This document shows, in pieces, positions 19,126 through 28,848 of a stretch of DNA of 36,733 bases. Below the pieces are notes generated by a model that made no database searches, was not told where the DNA came from, and saw nothing but the letters and a program-made list of their open reading frames with translations. Position 1 is the stretch's first letter. Every line of letters begins with the position of its first letter. A program made the position numbers and the translations under genes. Source of the stretch: Myxococcota bacterium (lineage in GTDB: Bacteria > Myxococcota_C > UBA6777); assembly GCA_023150835.1 (NCBI GenBank), contig JAKLKB010000059.1, positions 1 through 36,733 on the forward strand, in the 5' to 3' direction.

Positions 19126-20025
19126 ATGACCACCAAGATCTTTGAACACATCGTTATCGGCTACGACTTTTCCGAGTCTTGCCGCATCGCACTCCACGAA
19201 GCTGTCCGCCTCGCACAGCGCCACCACGCCAAACTCACCCTCTTTCACGCCATCGACGACCTTCTGCTCCAATACAACCACCTGATGACCCTCTCCCCGC
19301 CCGAACTCGAAGCCGCCATCCACGCAGAAGCCAAAAAAGATATCGATGCACTACTTCAAAAAGTCGGTGGATCGGTGATCTACGAAGTCCACATCTGTAG
19401 CGGAAAACCTTACAAGGAACTGTTGGCCTTTTGCCAAAAAGACGATGTGAGCTTGCTCGTCATCGGAAAAACAGGCGCATCCGCCCTTGAGCGCATCCTG
19501 CTCGGCAGCACTGCCGAACGCCTGCTCCGTCATGCCGATGTGCCCGTCCTGCTCGTTCGCCCCGACAAAGAACCCGGCTTCCAAAAGATCCTTGTTCCCG
19601 TCGACTTCTCCGAGCTTTCACAGATGGCGCTCAAAGAAGCCTTCGCACTCGCGATCCACGAAGGCGCCAGCCTCGAAGTCCTCCACATCGTCGAGTTTGG
19701 CACTCTTCCGCTGCCCGCTGGTGTCGGTGCGTTTGAAGAAGCCCTCAATCTTCCCTTGGTCATGCAGGACCAAGCACGCGAAGAGATGGCCCGCTTTATC
19801 GCTGACTTTGACTTTGGCGATATCCACGTCCACACCCACCTGACTGTCGGTGCGCCCGATCAAGAGATCACCCGTTATGCCGAAGAAAATAGCTGCGATC
19901 TGATCGTCATGGGTTCCGTCGGTCGTACAGGACTCCAAGGCTTTTTGCTCGGCAACACCGCTGATCGCGTGTCCCGCCGCGCACAATGTTCCCTCCTCAC
20001 CCTCAAGCCACCCCGCCTCACCTGA
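19126..20025 (+). CDS. Tandem-domain universal stress protein
   Basis: Two USP domains (IVIGYDFS..LLGSTAERLLR; ILVPVDFS..LLGNTADRV). Confidence 0.95.
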   Translation: MTTKIFEHIVIGYDFSESCRIALHEAVRLAQRHHAKLTLFHAIDDLLLQYNHLMTLSPPELEAAIHAEAKKDIDALLQKVGGSVIYEVHICSGKPYKELLAFCQKDDVSLLVIGKTGASALERILLGSTAERLLRHADVPVLLVRPDKEPGFQKILVPVDFSELSQMALKEAFALAIHEGASLEVLHIVEFGTLPLPAGVGAFEEALNLPLVMQDQAREEMARFIADFDFGDIHVHTHLTVGAPDQEITRYAEENSCDLIVMGSVGRTGLQGFLLGNTADRVSRRAQCSLLTLKPPRLT

Positions 20026-20035
20026 GACCTCTCGA

Positions 20036-20668
20036 CTAATTCCAGCTTTTACCGTCTGCCTCGCCCACAGCCAACATCGGGAAGGTGTGGTGGATCATCG
20101 CGATATCATCCGATGCAAGGGGACCACGCCATTCTTTGTGCGTAAGGATATCGGTGGTACGCGCTTCAAGACACACAGCAGGGTAAGGCAACATCGCGAC
20201 ATCGTGGCCGATGACTGCACACAAACGGCGTGACAACTCGACAGCATCGATCTCACGGTTGAGTTCTTCGACCACAAGATCCGCGACTTCGCTCAACTTG
20301 CCATAACGCAAGCCGTACAGTTCCCACGTTGCATCTTGTTCGATGTGTGCGGCGTGATGAGCAAGAGCTTGTTCAAGCGCAGCCTGAAAACGCGGTGGCA
20401 AGGGGCGATAGATCTGACGCAGTTCGTGTTGGATGCGAAAGCGCACAGGCAGGCCGCGAAAGACTTGAAGATAGACTTCCACGCAGCCCATCGCATCGTG
20501 CATCGCTTCTTTGCTTTTCAGATCGCTTTGCGGCCCCAACACGATGCTGGTGTTTTGCAACTCGACCACACCCATCTCAGGATGCGGCCACGATGGACAA
20601 ACCAGACCAACCCGCGCTACCGAAGGGACGAAGGCTTCTTCAAAACGACGGCTCACTTGCATACACAT
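20036..20668 (-). CDS. Protein with a virulence factor (CvfC-like) domain
   Basis: VYLQVFRGLP..LPPRF..W..YGLRYG..EVADLVVEEL resembles that domain. Start uncertain. Confidence 0.6.
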   Translation of the reverse strand: MCMQVSRRFEEAFVPSVARVGLVCPSWPHPEMGVVELQNTSIVLGPQSDLKSKEAMHDAMGCVEVYLQVFRGLPVRFRIQHELRQIYRPLPPRFQAALEQALAHHAAHIEQDATWELYGLRYGKLSEVADLVVEELNREIDAVELSRRLCAVIGHDVAMLPYPAVCLEARTTDILTHKEWRGPLASDDIAMIHHTFPMLAVGEADGKSWN

Positions 20669-20803
20669 GACAAAACCTCTCTGCTCGGGATAACCCGAAA
20701 AAACGTATCGAGTAAGGAGAAAATGGATCTATAAAAAAAGCGGAACGCTTTAAAAAGGCGATGGATACGGTGGGATGACCAAACCGTCTTGAAACGCGGC
20801 GGG

Positions 20804-20832
20804 ACAGTAACGCAAGTTCAAAGAAAAGTCAA
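20804..20832 (-). promoter_or_regulatory. Putative sigma70 promoter
   Basis: TTGACT-17 bp-TACTGT on the minus strand, upstream of 20668. Confidence 0.5.
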
Positions 20833-20991
20833 GCAGAAATATTACACGCAAGAAAAAAGTTTGAAACAATGTCCTTCACCAAGAAAACCAAGGCACTCCC
20901 CACACAAACAGACTTGATTTCATACCAATACAGTAAGAAAGGAGTAACGCGATGATCCGAAAGAAGTCCGTTCGAACCTTCGTGCGCCCCT

Positions 20992-21447
20992 TCAAGGGCT
21001 ATCGATCTCTTTTTGGAGGGCAGCCCCCGGGTTGGGCAGAAAGCTATCGAGACGGATCTGGATCTTGGTGGCGGTGGTGGTGGGTTTTGGGATCGCCCAA
21101 CTGGAGATCAAGTTGAGTGTGGTGCCTTGTTGCTTGTTGATCTGTTGATCAAAACAGCGTTCAGCGTGCGCAAAAGATTCTTCGGGCTTTTGCGCAAACC
21201 ACGACACGCGCACACAAAAGCGATCTTCCCCATCTCCGACACTGCCGATCCAAGCGGCTGTTCCTGTGTTTTTGATCTCGACTTTGATCAACACGCGGTC
21301 ATCTTGCAGACGCTCCGATGTCACCGATGCGATCGACAAGATCGGCTGCGCACAACCCACCAACCAACTCGCCAAAAAGATCACCCCCATCAAACCGATC
21401 GCCCCATCCAAGGCAAACCAACGACGCACCTGTCTCCACCTTTTCAC
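20992..21447 (-). CDS. Hypothetical lipoprotein, beta-rich
   Basis: Basic N-terminus, hydrophobic core, lipobox LVGC. Confidence 0.65.
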   Translation of the reverse strand: MKRWRQVRRWFALDGAIGLMGVIFLASWLVGCAQPILSIASVTSERLQDDRVLIKVEIKNTGTAAWIGSVGDGEDRFCVRVSWFAQKPEESFAHAERCFDQQINKQQGTTLNLISSWAIPKPTTTATKIQIRLDSFLPNPGAALQKEIDSP

Positions 21448-21623
21448 CGAAAACTCCTATACACCGAGCGGATCAAAACAACGCCCCCACGAATACGCGA
21501 GGCTGCTCTTTCAAGACAAGCTGCAAAGACTCCAAACAACCGCAACAGCTTGACACAACGACCAAGATCGCACAACAAACAACCTTTGCCAACCTGCAAA
21601 ACCAAGTGCAAGGAGATCGATCG

Positions 21624-22709
21624 ATGACCGTCGATGTACGCAAAGAAGCCATCCAACAATACCTCGAACAAGCCTTTGAAGAACCCGTCACCCTCGAAGG
21701 GATCGGCCCGATCGGAGACTTGAGCGAACAAGGGATCAAGGGATTTGGTTATGGTAAGCCGCTGTTGTTGCGTTATCGGCGGGGTAAAGATATCGAAGAG
21801 GCCGTTCTTTCGGTGATGAAAGGAGATGCTTATGGCCACCAATTTTTTTGGGATCGCGCCGCTGTCTTGCTTTTTCAATACGCCACCGAAGCCAATATGG
21901 AGAAGCATGTCCGTCCCAAAGGCATCGGATACATCGACGAGACAGGAAAGATGATCCCAGTTCGTCGCCCTCAAGAGTTTTTTATCTTGCATGAAAAGCT
22001 CGAAGGGTACGACTATTTCAAAGATCTCGTCCGCATCCAAAAAGGCGACTATCGCAGCACAGATCGGCGACTGGTCGAAGACTTTGCGCGGTGGTTGGCC
22101 CGCGTCCATGCCCACAAACACACCGCACCCGATCTTTACCATCGCCGAATCCGCGAGCTGATCGGCAGTTCGGAGTGCATCTACGGCCTGATCGACGGTT
22201 ATCCCCATCCTTACGAGGACTTTGCTCCTAAACGGTTCCAAGCGCTCGAACATACCTTGGTGGATTGGCGTTGGCGTTTGCGCGGGTATCCGCATCGTTT
22301 GGCTGCGGTACATGGCGACTTTCATCCTTGGAATGTGCTGGTCACCGAAGAAGGGGCGTTTATGACGCTGGATCGCAGCCGTGGCGAATGGGGCGAGCCT
22401 GCCGACGATATCGCCACGATGACCGCCAATTATCTGCTGTTCGGACTCTCCGATGCCTCGACGCTCAAGGGGCCTTTTTGGGAGATGTATCTTGCTTTTT
22501 GGGAGACGTATCTCGAAGCGACGCAAGATCGCGAGATCTGCGAGGTGATCGCCCCCTTTTATGTCTTTCGTGGCCTTGTGATCGCCTCGCCGCAGTGGTA
22601 TCCCACGCATCCTCCCGCCCTGCGCCGAAGCCTCTTGCATTTTCTCGAAGCTGTCCTCCAAGAGTCACACTTCGATTACCGCGAGATCAACCGCTACCTC
22701 AAAGGCTGA
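21624..22709 (+). CDS. APH/choline-kinase-like phosphotransferase
   Basis: HGDFHPWNVL and LDRSRGEWGEPADD motifs; AAGGAG RBS. Confidence 0.88.
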   Translation: MTVDVRKEAIQQYLEQAFEEPVTLEGIGPIGDLSEQGIKGFGYGKPLLLRYRRGKDIEEAVLSVMKGDAYGHQFFWDRAAVLLFQYATEANMEKHVRPKGIGYIDETGKMIPVRRPQEFFILHEKLEGYDYFKDLVRIQKGDYRSTDRRLVEDFARWLARVHAHKHTAPDLYHRRIRELIGSSECIYGLIDGYPHPYEDFAPKRFQALEHTLVDWRWRLRGYPHRLAAVHGDFHPWNVLVTEEGAFMTLDRSRGEWGEPADDIATMTANYLLFGLSDASTLKGPFWEMYLAFWETYLEATQDREICEVIAPFYVFRGLVIASPQWYPTHPPALRRSLLHFLEAVLQESHFDYREINRYLKG

Positions 22710-22811
22710 GACGGTGGGACTCGCGCTGCGGCTTCGTCCTTTGGAATCGGCTATCTACGTCGATACATGGAACATCAAAGGCTGAGACGAGGGAACTCGC
22801 GCTGCGGCCCC
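22698..22811. repeat. Imperfect 38 bp duplication flanking a 38 bp insert
   Basis: 22698-22735 vs 22774-22811 match at 32/38. The insert is GTCCTTTGGAATCGGCTATCTACGTCGATACATGGAAC. Confidence 0.75.
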
Positions 22812-22851
22812 CGTGTTCGGGTAGGTATTCCCCATGCTTTCGGGAGTGTTG

Positions 22852-23508
22852 ATGACTGCACACAAAACGAACAACCAGACACCAAAAAACACCGAAGGAT
22901 GGGCGCTGTGGTTTGTGGGTCTGCCGGGTTCTGGCAAAAGCACCATCGCTCGCTGCGTCTTTGAAGCGCTACATCCGCAGGAGCCGCGACTTGTGTTGTT
23001 GCAGATGGATGCGTGGCGCAAGCTGCACTTGCCAGACAGCGGCTACACCCGAGAAGAGCGCGAATCTGCGTACCGCGCATTTGCCCAGATGGCCGCCGAG
23101 CGCGTCCATGCGGGCGATCGCCTCTTGCTTGATGGAACCGCCTACCGCCAAACGATGCGCCGATATGCACGTGACAAGATCGTTCGATTTGCCGAGATCT
23201 ACGTGACGTGTCCATTGGAGATCGCGATGCAGCGGGAGTCATCACGCCCTCAAGGTCTTGTGATGGCCGAGATGTACCGCAAGGCCCTCTGGCGCAAACA
23301 AACAGGACAGACGGTCCCTGATCTGGGCGAAGTCATCGGCGTGGATATCGAATTTGAGATCGATCCTTGCGCCGAATGTGTCCTTGATAGCAGTCAACTC
23401 TCCCCACAACAGGCTTGTGATCGCATCGTGGCTTGGCTCGAACAAAGCGGTTGGCTGTCTGATGCTGTTGAAAACGTCCGTCAATCCGTCCAAAAGGGTT
23501 TCATCTGA
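22852..23508 (+). CDS. Adenylyl-sulfate-kinase-like P-loop kinase
   Basis: WFVGLPGSGKSTIA, YTREERE, EIYVTCPLEIAMQRE. Confidence 0.85.
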   Translation: MTAHKTNNQTPKNTEGWALWFVGLPGSGKSTIARCVFEALHPQEPRLVLLQMDAWRKLHLPDSGYTREERESAYRAFAQMAAERVHAGDRLLLDGTAYRQTMRRYARDKIVRFAEIYVTCPLEIAMQRESSRPQGLVMAEMYRKALWRKQTGQTVPDLGEVIGVDIEFEIDPCAECVLDSSQLSPQQACDRIVAWLEQSGWLSDAVENVRQSVQKGFI

Positions 23509-23600
23509 CCACAAGCACCGAGGCTTCCCTCTGTTCTTTTCGTTTTGAAGGGTTTCACATGACCGCAACCACCGAGGCTTCCTTCTCGTCTTTTCGTTTT
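23494..23600. repeat. Imperfect 54 bp tandem duplication across a gene junction
   Basis: aagggtttca..tgacc.caa.caccgaggcttcc.tct..tcttttcgtttt at 23494 and 23548. Confidence 0.85.
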
Positions 23601-24506
23601 TCTCGAATCTTCCGCCTTGTGTCGATCTTTTTCGGATCGTTTGTTCTGCTGTTGTTTGGGGTGGGTTGGTATTTTTCCTCGATGTTGATGTATCCCGGCC
23701 CCCCGCGTTGTTGGGCAGAGAGTTTTGTCTTTTGCCAAACCCCCAAAGAACGGGGTCTTTCCTACGAAGAGATCGCCTTTTCCTCGGCAGACGGGACACG
23801 TCTTCATGGGTGGTGGATTCCTGCACCCAAAGCGACAAGGGCGATCATCTTTTCGCATGGTCGAGGCGGAGATCGCCGTGCTTCGTTGCGCTTGTTGCCT
23901 GCGCTTCATCGGGCCGGTTTTCACGTCATGGCCTTGGACTACCGAAACTGCGGTCAAAACCAGCGCAGTTTCAACAGCATGGGAGGACTCGAACGCCAAG
24001 ACCTCCGCGCCGCCATCGACTTTGTTGAAAAAACCAAACGTATCCATCGCATCGGCTTATTCGGAGAGTCCTTGGGTGCGGCCATCAGCATCCAAATCAT
24101 GGCAAGCGATCCACGTGTCGCCACCGGCATCTTTGAAGGAGGGTTCGCATCCGTCAAGGACGTCGTCGCACAACGCGCCCACGAACTCTACGGGCTCCCG
24201 CGTTGGCCGCTTTTGCCTATCGTCTTTTGGCTGTACAACTTGCGAACGGGCGTAGACTTCGACGCGATCAACCCCGAAACCCACATCGCTCGCATCGCCC
24301 CCCGCCCGATCTTGTTGATCCACGGCGACGCGGATCGTGTAGTCTTTCCATCCCACGCCCATCGACTCTTTCGTGCTGCCCGAGATCCCAAGACGCTCTG
24401 GATCGTCAAAGGCGGAAAACATACGCAAACTTGGCAACAGCAACGCAAAACCTTTGAAGAACGTGTCGTCCATTTTTATCAGAACACGCTACCCGCTTCT
24501 CCCTAA
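23559..24506 (+). CDS. Membrane-anchored alpha/beta hydrolase
   Basis: LHGWWIP, HGRGG, DYRNCG, GESLG nucleophile, IHGDAD, GGKH. Confidence 0.92.
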   Translation: MTATTEASFSSFRFSRIFRLVSIFFGSFVLLLFGVGWYFSSMLMYPGPPRCWAESFVFCQTPKERGLSYEEIAFSSADGTRLHGWWIPAPKATRAIIFSHGRGGDRRASLRLLPALHRAGFHVMALDYRNCGQNQRSFNSMGGLERQDLRAAIDFVEKTKRIHRIGLFGESLGAAISIQIMASDPRVATGIFEGGFASVKDVVAQRAHELYGLPRWPLLPIVFWLYNLRTGVDFDAINPETHIARIAPRPILLIHGDADRVVFPSHAHRLFRAARDPKTLWIVKGGKHTQTWQQQRKTFEERVVHFYQNTLPASP

Positions 24507-24525
24507 AAAACCTTCACTTCTTTTT

Positions 24526-24612
24526 AAAAGAAAGAGCGATCCTCCTCGACTCTCCGGTATTTCCGCCTTAACAAGGCGCGTATGGGGCAGCGCCCCCAAA
24601 AAACCGTTTTAC
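24526..24612 (+). repeat. Repeat module C, copy 2
   Basis: Shares ccttaacaaggcgcgtatgggg and upstream blocks with 24-104; ggggcagcgcccc hairpin. Confidence 0.8.
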
Positions 24613-24644
24613 TGCGTAAGTCCAGAACGCTTACGAACACCATC

Positions 24645-27600
24645 CTAGCGCGGTGATTTGGGGAGAAGCAGCGCGGGTTCACGCAAGAGATGGAGTCCCA
24701 ACAACGAGCGCTGCGCACAGACGTGTTCGACGCCAGCGTCAAGGTCGGCCCGAACAGCGTCACGAAACAACAAGCGAGCTTCTCGACGAAGACGCGCATC
24801 TATTTCGGCAAAATGCTTCCGTTGAACAGGCGTCAGACGATGCCCAAACAACGCACTGTCCAAGAAACCACGTATACGCCAAGACAACCAAGCCTTGGTT
24901 TGTGCTCCACGAAAGCGCGCACAAGACGACCACAGCGGCTGCTCTAAGGGAATGATCTGCTGTAGGCTTGCTGCCGTTTCGTTTGACAAACGCGATATCT
25001 CTTCGAGACCTTGGGACGGTTCCTTGTCAAAGTTTTCTTCCCATGCGAACTGCAAGATTTGACGCATACCCCGCAAAGAATGGAGATAGTAGGCGCTCGC
25101 CAAAAACTCCCGAATGTTCGCCTTTTTTTTGGGTTCTTCGATGGCGCTCAGGCGGTCTTTTTGCGCGAGAACACACAACACCGCAGCGTTTAACACGCTG
25201 TCTTCTGCGCCTGTTCGCAACAACAAAAACATCCTTGCTGCGCAAGATTCAAGACGCAACAACGCCGCATCGACCGATTTTTCTTGCGTCAGGCTGACCG
25301 AAGGAGGGGCATCCGAAGCAGAGACGGGCAGATCAGACAAGGCCACCCACCGCTGCGAAAAAGGGAGGAAGTAACGTAGGGCGTGTTTTTGTGTCGTGGT
25401 TTCGGTGCGTTGGGGATGTTGTGGAAAAAGGAACGCTTCAAACAACCGATGTTGGGCGTGAAAACGTTCATGAGCGCGGCGACTCTTGTGGCTTGGCCGC
25501 TCCAAAGCCCCGCCAAGAGGGAGTGTCGGAGACGGCAGCAACGCACCCTCTCGCTTTTCGGGAGATGGCGCAGAGCGAGAGGGTTCGGTCGTTTGTTGTG
25601 AAGCATTCGATGGACAGGGAAGATTCGGCGATCGAGTAGAAGCCGAGCAAGGCGTAGGCAACGGAAGATTCGGGTGAGCCTTTGGGGACGTTGGCACATG
25701 AGGAGCCGAGGCATCGGGGTTGTTGGCGGTGGGGGCGGTCGCTTTGTTGGCGGTAGGGGTGGTTGCTTTGTTGGCGTTGGGAAGGATGTTTTGTTGGGTA
25801 GGAAAGATCAGGCGCACCAATTGTTGCGGGATTAAGGGAAGAATGCGCATCCCCGCCATCACAGAAAGCCCCAACACAGGTGATTTAGAAGAAAAAGATG
25901 TTTGTGCAGAAACGATCGGTGGATGTTGTTGCGGCGATGGGGAAGATGAGCCGCTGTGCGAAGGGTGCGGGTTGTCATGCGTAGAAGCAGCGACAACCGC
26001 CTTGACACCGTTTTTGCTCTTCAAAGCAACGTTTGTTTTTTGTGCATTTGCGACGGCGGTTGGTTGTGGATTGCCTGCTGCGTTGGGTTGTGAAGCTCCC
26101 GCATCAAGGGGTTTTGGGCTACGTGCTAAGGCTGGTTGTGTTTGCGCTGATGTGGGAGAAGGCGATTTACTCGGTGGCTCGTGCTTGTTTGGAGTGGCTG
26201 GGATCGCTGGATGCGAAGCAGAGTTTGCAACAACGACAGGAGAAGCGATGCGGGGAGTGGGCGGAGCTTCTGGTTGAGTAGGAAGCTCCGCAGAAGTCGG
26301 AGAGTTGGGCTTTTTGGTGATGAGAGTGGGAGAGGATTCGGGTTCTTTATGCGTGAGTTTAACAGCTTTTTTGCAAGGGGCTTTTGCTGATCCGCAAGGT
26401 GTTTCTGGATCGGTTTGAAGGGATGGGTGATCGTGCGACGAAGAGGGCAAGATCGGTTGCGCGCTCACGCGGGCACGAGAAGCGGACGGAGATATCGAAG
26501 GCGACGCGCCGTCTTTCAAAGCAGAAGGGGCTTCTACGATACGCAGCGCGACAGGGCGAAGAGACGGCGTAGATGAAGAAGGGAGACGGATAGGCGTGGT
26601 GTCTTTGGCTGGGATGCTCGGAACAACGGAAGGGGCGTTCTCGATCGTGCGAACCAAACGCGGGATATCTTCGGTGGGTGGCTGTTGTGCGTTTGGGATC
26701 TTTGTCTCATGGTCTGACGGCACAACAGAGCGCGGGCGCGAGGCTGGCTCGGCCTGCTGTGTGGTGGGCTTGGGTCGATCAAGCGAGGCGGAAGCGACGG
26801 AGCGCGCTCGCCGCTTACGGACAGCACGCGCTCGCCGAGCCATGCGTGTTTTGATGGAACTTGGTGGGGGGGTGTGTTGTGGCTCAGCAAGATGTTTCAC
26901 GCCCCGAAGTGACGGGGACTCTGGGCGGCGAGGAACTCTTGATGGATTGGCGTGGATTGCAGCGAGGGGACTTGTGCGTGCTGTGGGCTTTTTCCCTTGC
27001 GGTTGTGCGACAAGCGCCTTAGGTGGGGGTGCGACAAAAGGCGAGGTGGGGAAAACCCAAGAAGGCACCCAAGGTACGGATGTTTTGATGTTGCGAGCTT
27101 GCATCTCCCACCAAGATCGGCCTTCAGGAGCGAGGCTCCACATCGACGCTCCCGCACACGTCCCCAAAAACAACATCAACCAGCCAGAGATCCAGCGCGG
27201 GCGTTGTGAGGGTTCATAGCGGTGGACGCACACGCGAACGGCAGCAGGGACTTCAGGTTCCACCACAAGAGGCTCCACGAACGCACGATCCGAGGGCATC
27301 ACTTCTGCTTCGGCGTGGGTTTGAGGCGGCCTGTCTTCGCTCAAAAGCATCGCAGGCGTAGTGGCTTCGCCTTCAAAGATCGGTGTTTGGGCCAAAGCAG
27401 ACCACAACTCTTCTGCGCGAGCAAACCGATCTTCGGGCGCTTTGGCCAGCAGCTTCATGACCACACGATCCAGATCTTCGGCAAAACCACGATCAGGACA
27501 AGCCACACGCAACGGTTCGGGAGGGACAGACACATGCGCGTGCAAAGTCGTAAACAAAGAAGACGCGATATCTTCGGGCTTTTCACCAAACGGCCATCGT

Positions 27601-28331
27601 TGCGCCAACAGCTCGTATAAGATCACACCAAGGGCATACAGATCACTGCGCACAGCCACTTCTTGATTCAGGCATTGCTCTGGTGACAGGTAATAGGGCG
27701 ATCCGACCACGCCTTGCGTAAAGTCCCCGCCATCGCTGCCTGCGTTGGGCTTTGCCAGCCCAAAATCCAGCAGCTTGATCACGAGGCTCTCTGTTTCTGG
27801 GGAAAGCACAAAGATATTGTTGGGTTGCAGATCTCGATGAACCCCGCCCCCCCGATGCAGCGCCTCCAACGCTTGGCAAAGTTGAAAAACCAAAGAAAAC
27901 AATTGTTTGGGCGTAGGGCTGGGGTATTCAGTCAGCCATTCCCGCAGGGTGCGCCCTTCCAGATGTTCCATCACAAAAAAAGGCCCCAACACGGGATCTT
28001 GGTGGAGATGGCGATCCATCCACACGATCTGCGAACAATCAGCCGCAACACCGTTGATCTTCGCTAAGTCTTCACGGATACGTTCTTCGCTGCCCTCGCG
28101 AGTCCAAAGCGAAGGATGGGGAAATTTGAGAACACAAGGGTGAGGTAGATCCGAATCCTTGGGTGGAGAAGCGAGATACAGCGAACTCATCGCTGTCTTT
28201 AACAACAGCTTTTCAAGTACAAACCCGCCTTCTACGGGATCGAGAGGAAAGCGGCAAACTGGACAAAAGCGGCTGTGGGCCGCGATCTGCTCCAGCGGGG
28301 CATGACAATGACTGCACTCTGTGTGACGCAT
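24645..28331 (-). CDS. Hanks-type Ser/Thr protein kinase with Zn-ribbon, TM helix and long Pro/Ser-rich region
   Basis: CSHC..CPVC, VLKF, HRDLQPNN, LLDFG, GSPYYLSPE, SDLYALG. Start taken as ATG 28331. Confidence 0.88.
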   Translation of the reverse strand: MRHTECSHCHAPLEQIAAHSRFCPVCRFPLDPVEGGFVLEKLLLKTAMSSLYLASPPKDSDLPHPCVLKFPHPSLWTREGSEERIREDLAKINGVAADCSQIVWMDRHLHQDPVLGPFFVMEHLEGRTLREWLTEYPSPTPKQLFSLVFQLCQALEALHRGGGVHRDLQPNNIFVLSPETESLVIKLLDFGLAKPNAGSDGGDFTQGVVGSPYYLSPEQCLNQEVAVRSDLYALGVILYELLAQRWPFGEKPEDIASSLFTTLHAHVSVPPEPLRVACPDRGFAEDLDRVVMKLLAKAPEDRFARAEELWSALAQTPIFEGEATTPAMLLSEDRPPQTHAEAEVMPSDRAFVEPLVVEPEVPAAVRVCVHRYEPSQRPRWISGWLMLFLGTCAGASMWSLAPEGRSWWEMQARNIKTSVPWVPSWVFPTSPFVAPPPKALVAQPQGKKPTARTSPLAAIHANPSRVPRRPESPSLRGVKHLAEPQHTPPPSSIKTRMARRARAVRKRRARSVASASLDRPKPTTQQAEPASRPRSVVPSDHETKIPNAQQPPTEDIPRLVRTIENAPSVVPSIPAKDTTPIRLPSSSTPSLRPVALRIVEAPSALKDGASPSISPSASRARVSAQPILPSSSHDHPSLQTDPETPCGSAKAPCKKAVKLTHKEPESSPTLITKKPNSPTSAELPTQPEAPPTPRIASPVVVANSASHPAIPATPNKHEPPSKSPSPTSAQTQPALARSPKPLDAGASQPNAAGNPQPTAVANAQKTNVALKSKNGVKAVVAASTHDNPHPSHSGSSSPSPQQHPPIVSAQTSFSSKSPVLGLSVMAGMRILPLIPQQLVRLIFPTQQNILPNANKATTPTANKATAPTANNPDASAPHVPTSPKAHPNLPLPTPCSASTRSPNLPCPSNASQQTTEPSRSAPSPEKREGALLPSPTLPLGGALERPSHKSRRAHERFHAQHRLFEAFLFPQHPQRTETTTQKHALRYFLPFSQRWVALSDLPVSASDAPPSVSLTQEKSVDAALLRLESCAARMFLLLRTGAEDSVLNAAVLCVLAQKDRLSAIEEPKKKANIREFLASAYYLHSLRGMRQILQFAWEENFDKEPSQGLEEISRLSNETAASLQQIIPLEQPLWSSCARFRGAQTKAWLSWRIRGFLDSALFGHRLTPVQRKHFAEIDARLRREARLLFRDAVRADLDAGVEHVCAQRSLLGLHLLREPALLLPKSPR

Positions 28332-28848
28332 CCACACATCCTTCAAGCAAGACCGAAAAAAGATCGCGATGGCTCTCGTTTTCCGACAAAAACACAAACT
28401 CATGCACGAAACGACGACGCCGTTTCTCACCAGAACATCCAGCACCTTCAACGGGCGAGAACATCTAGCACATCCAACGAGTTGCCTTTATGCGCTTAAT
28501 ACCATCGAAAACCTCGGTCAATGGACAAGAAAGTTGACTTACACAACGGATCGCTGTTTACGATCCGAGCGAGTACCGCGACAAAGAGGTCACATCACAA
28601 CGCAAGATCACGAACTTTCCGAGAACATCCACAAAACAACAAACCCTACACATCAAGATATCGGCGTATCGACCGATCTGTCCTGCTTTTTTCTCTTTGG
28701 CTTGACCAGCCCACTTTGGCCTATACTACACATCACAAACGCCCGCAAGCAGCTTTGCGTCCTACATCCTCTCCCAAAAAGACACGACACCTCCATCGCA
28801 TCGCTGCATCACAACACAAAAACGACCAACAGAACGGAGATTTCAACC

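Noticed and set aside
20760-20867. Two TTGAAAC motifs 72 bp apart suggesting a degenerate CRISPR array
   Set aside because: The upstream 30 bp of each share no similarity, and the region contains a plausible promoter.
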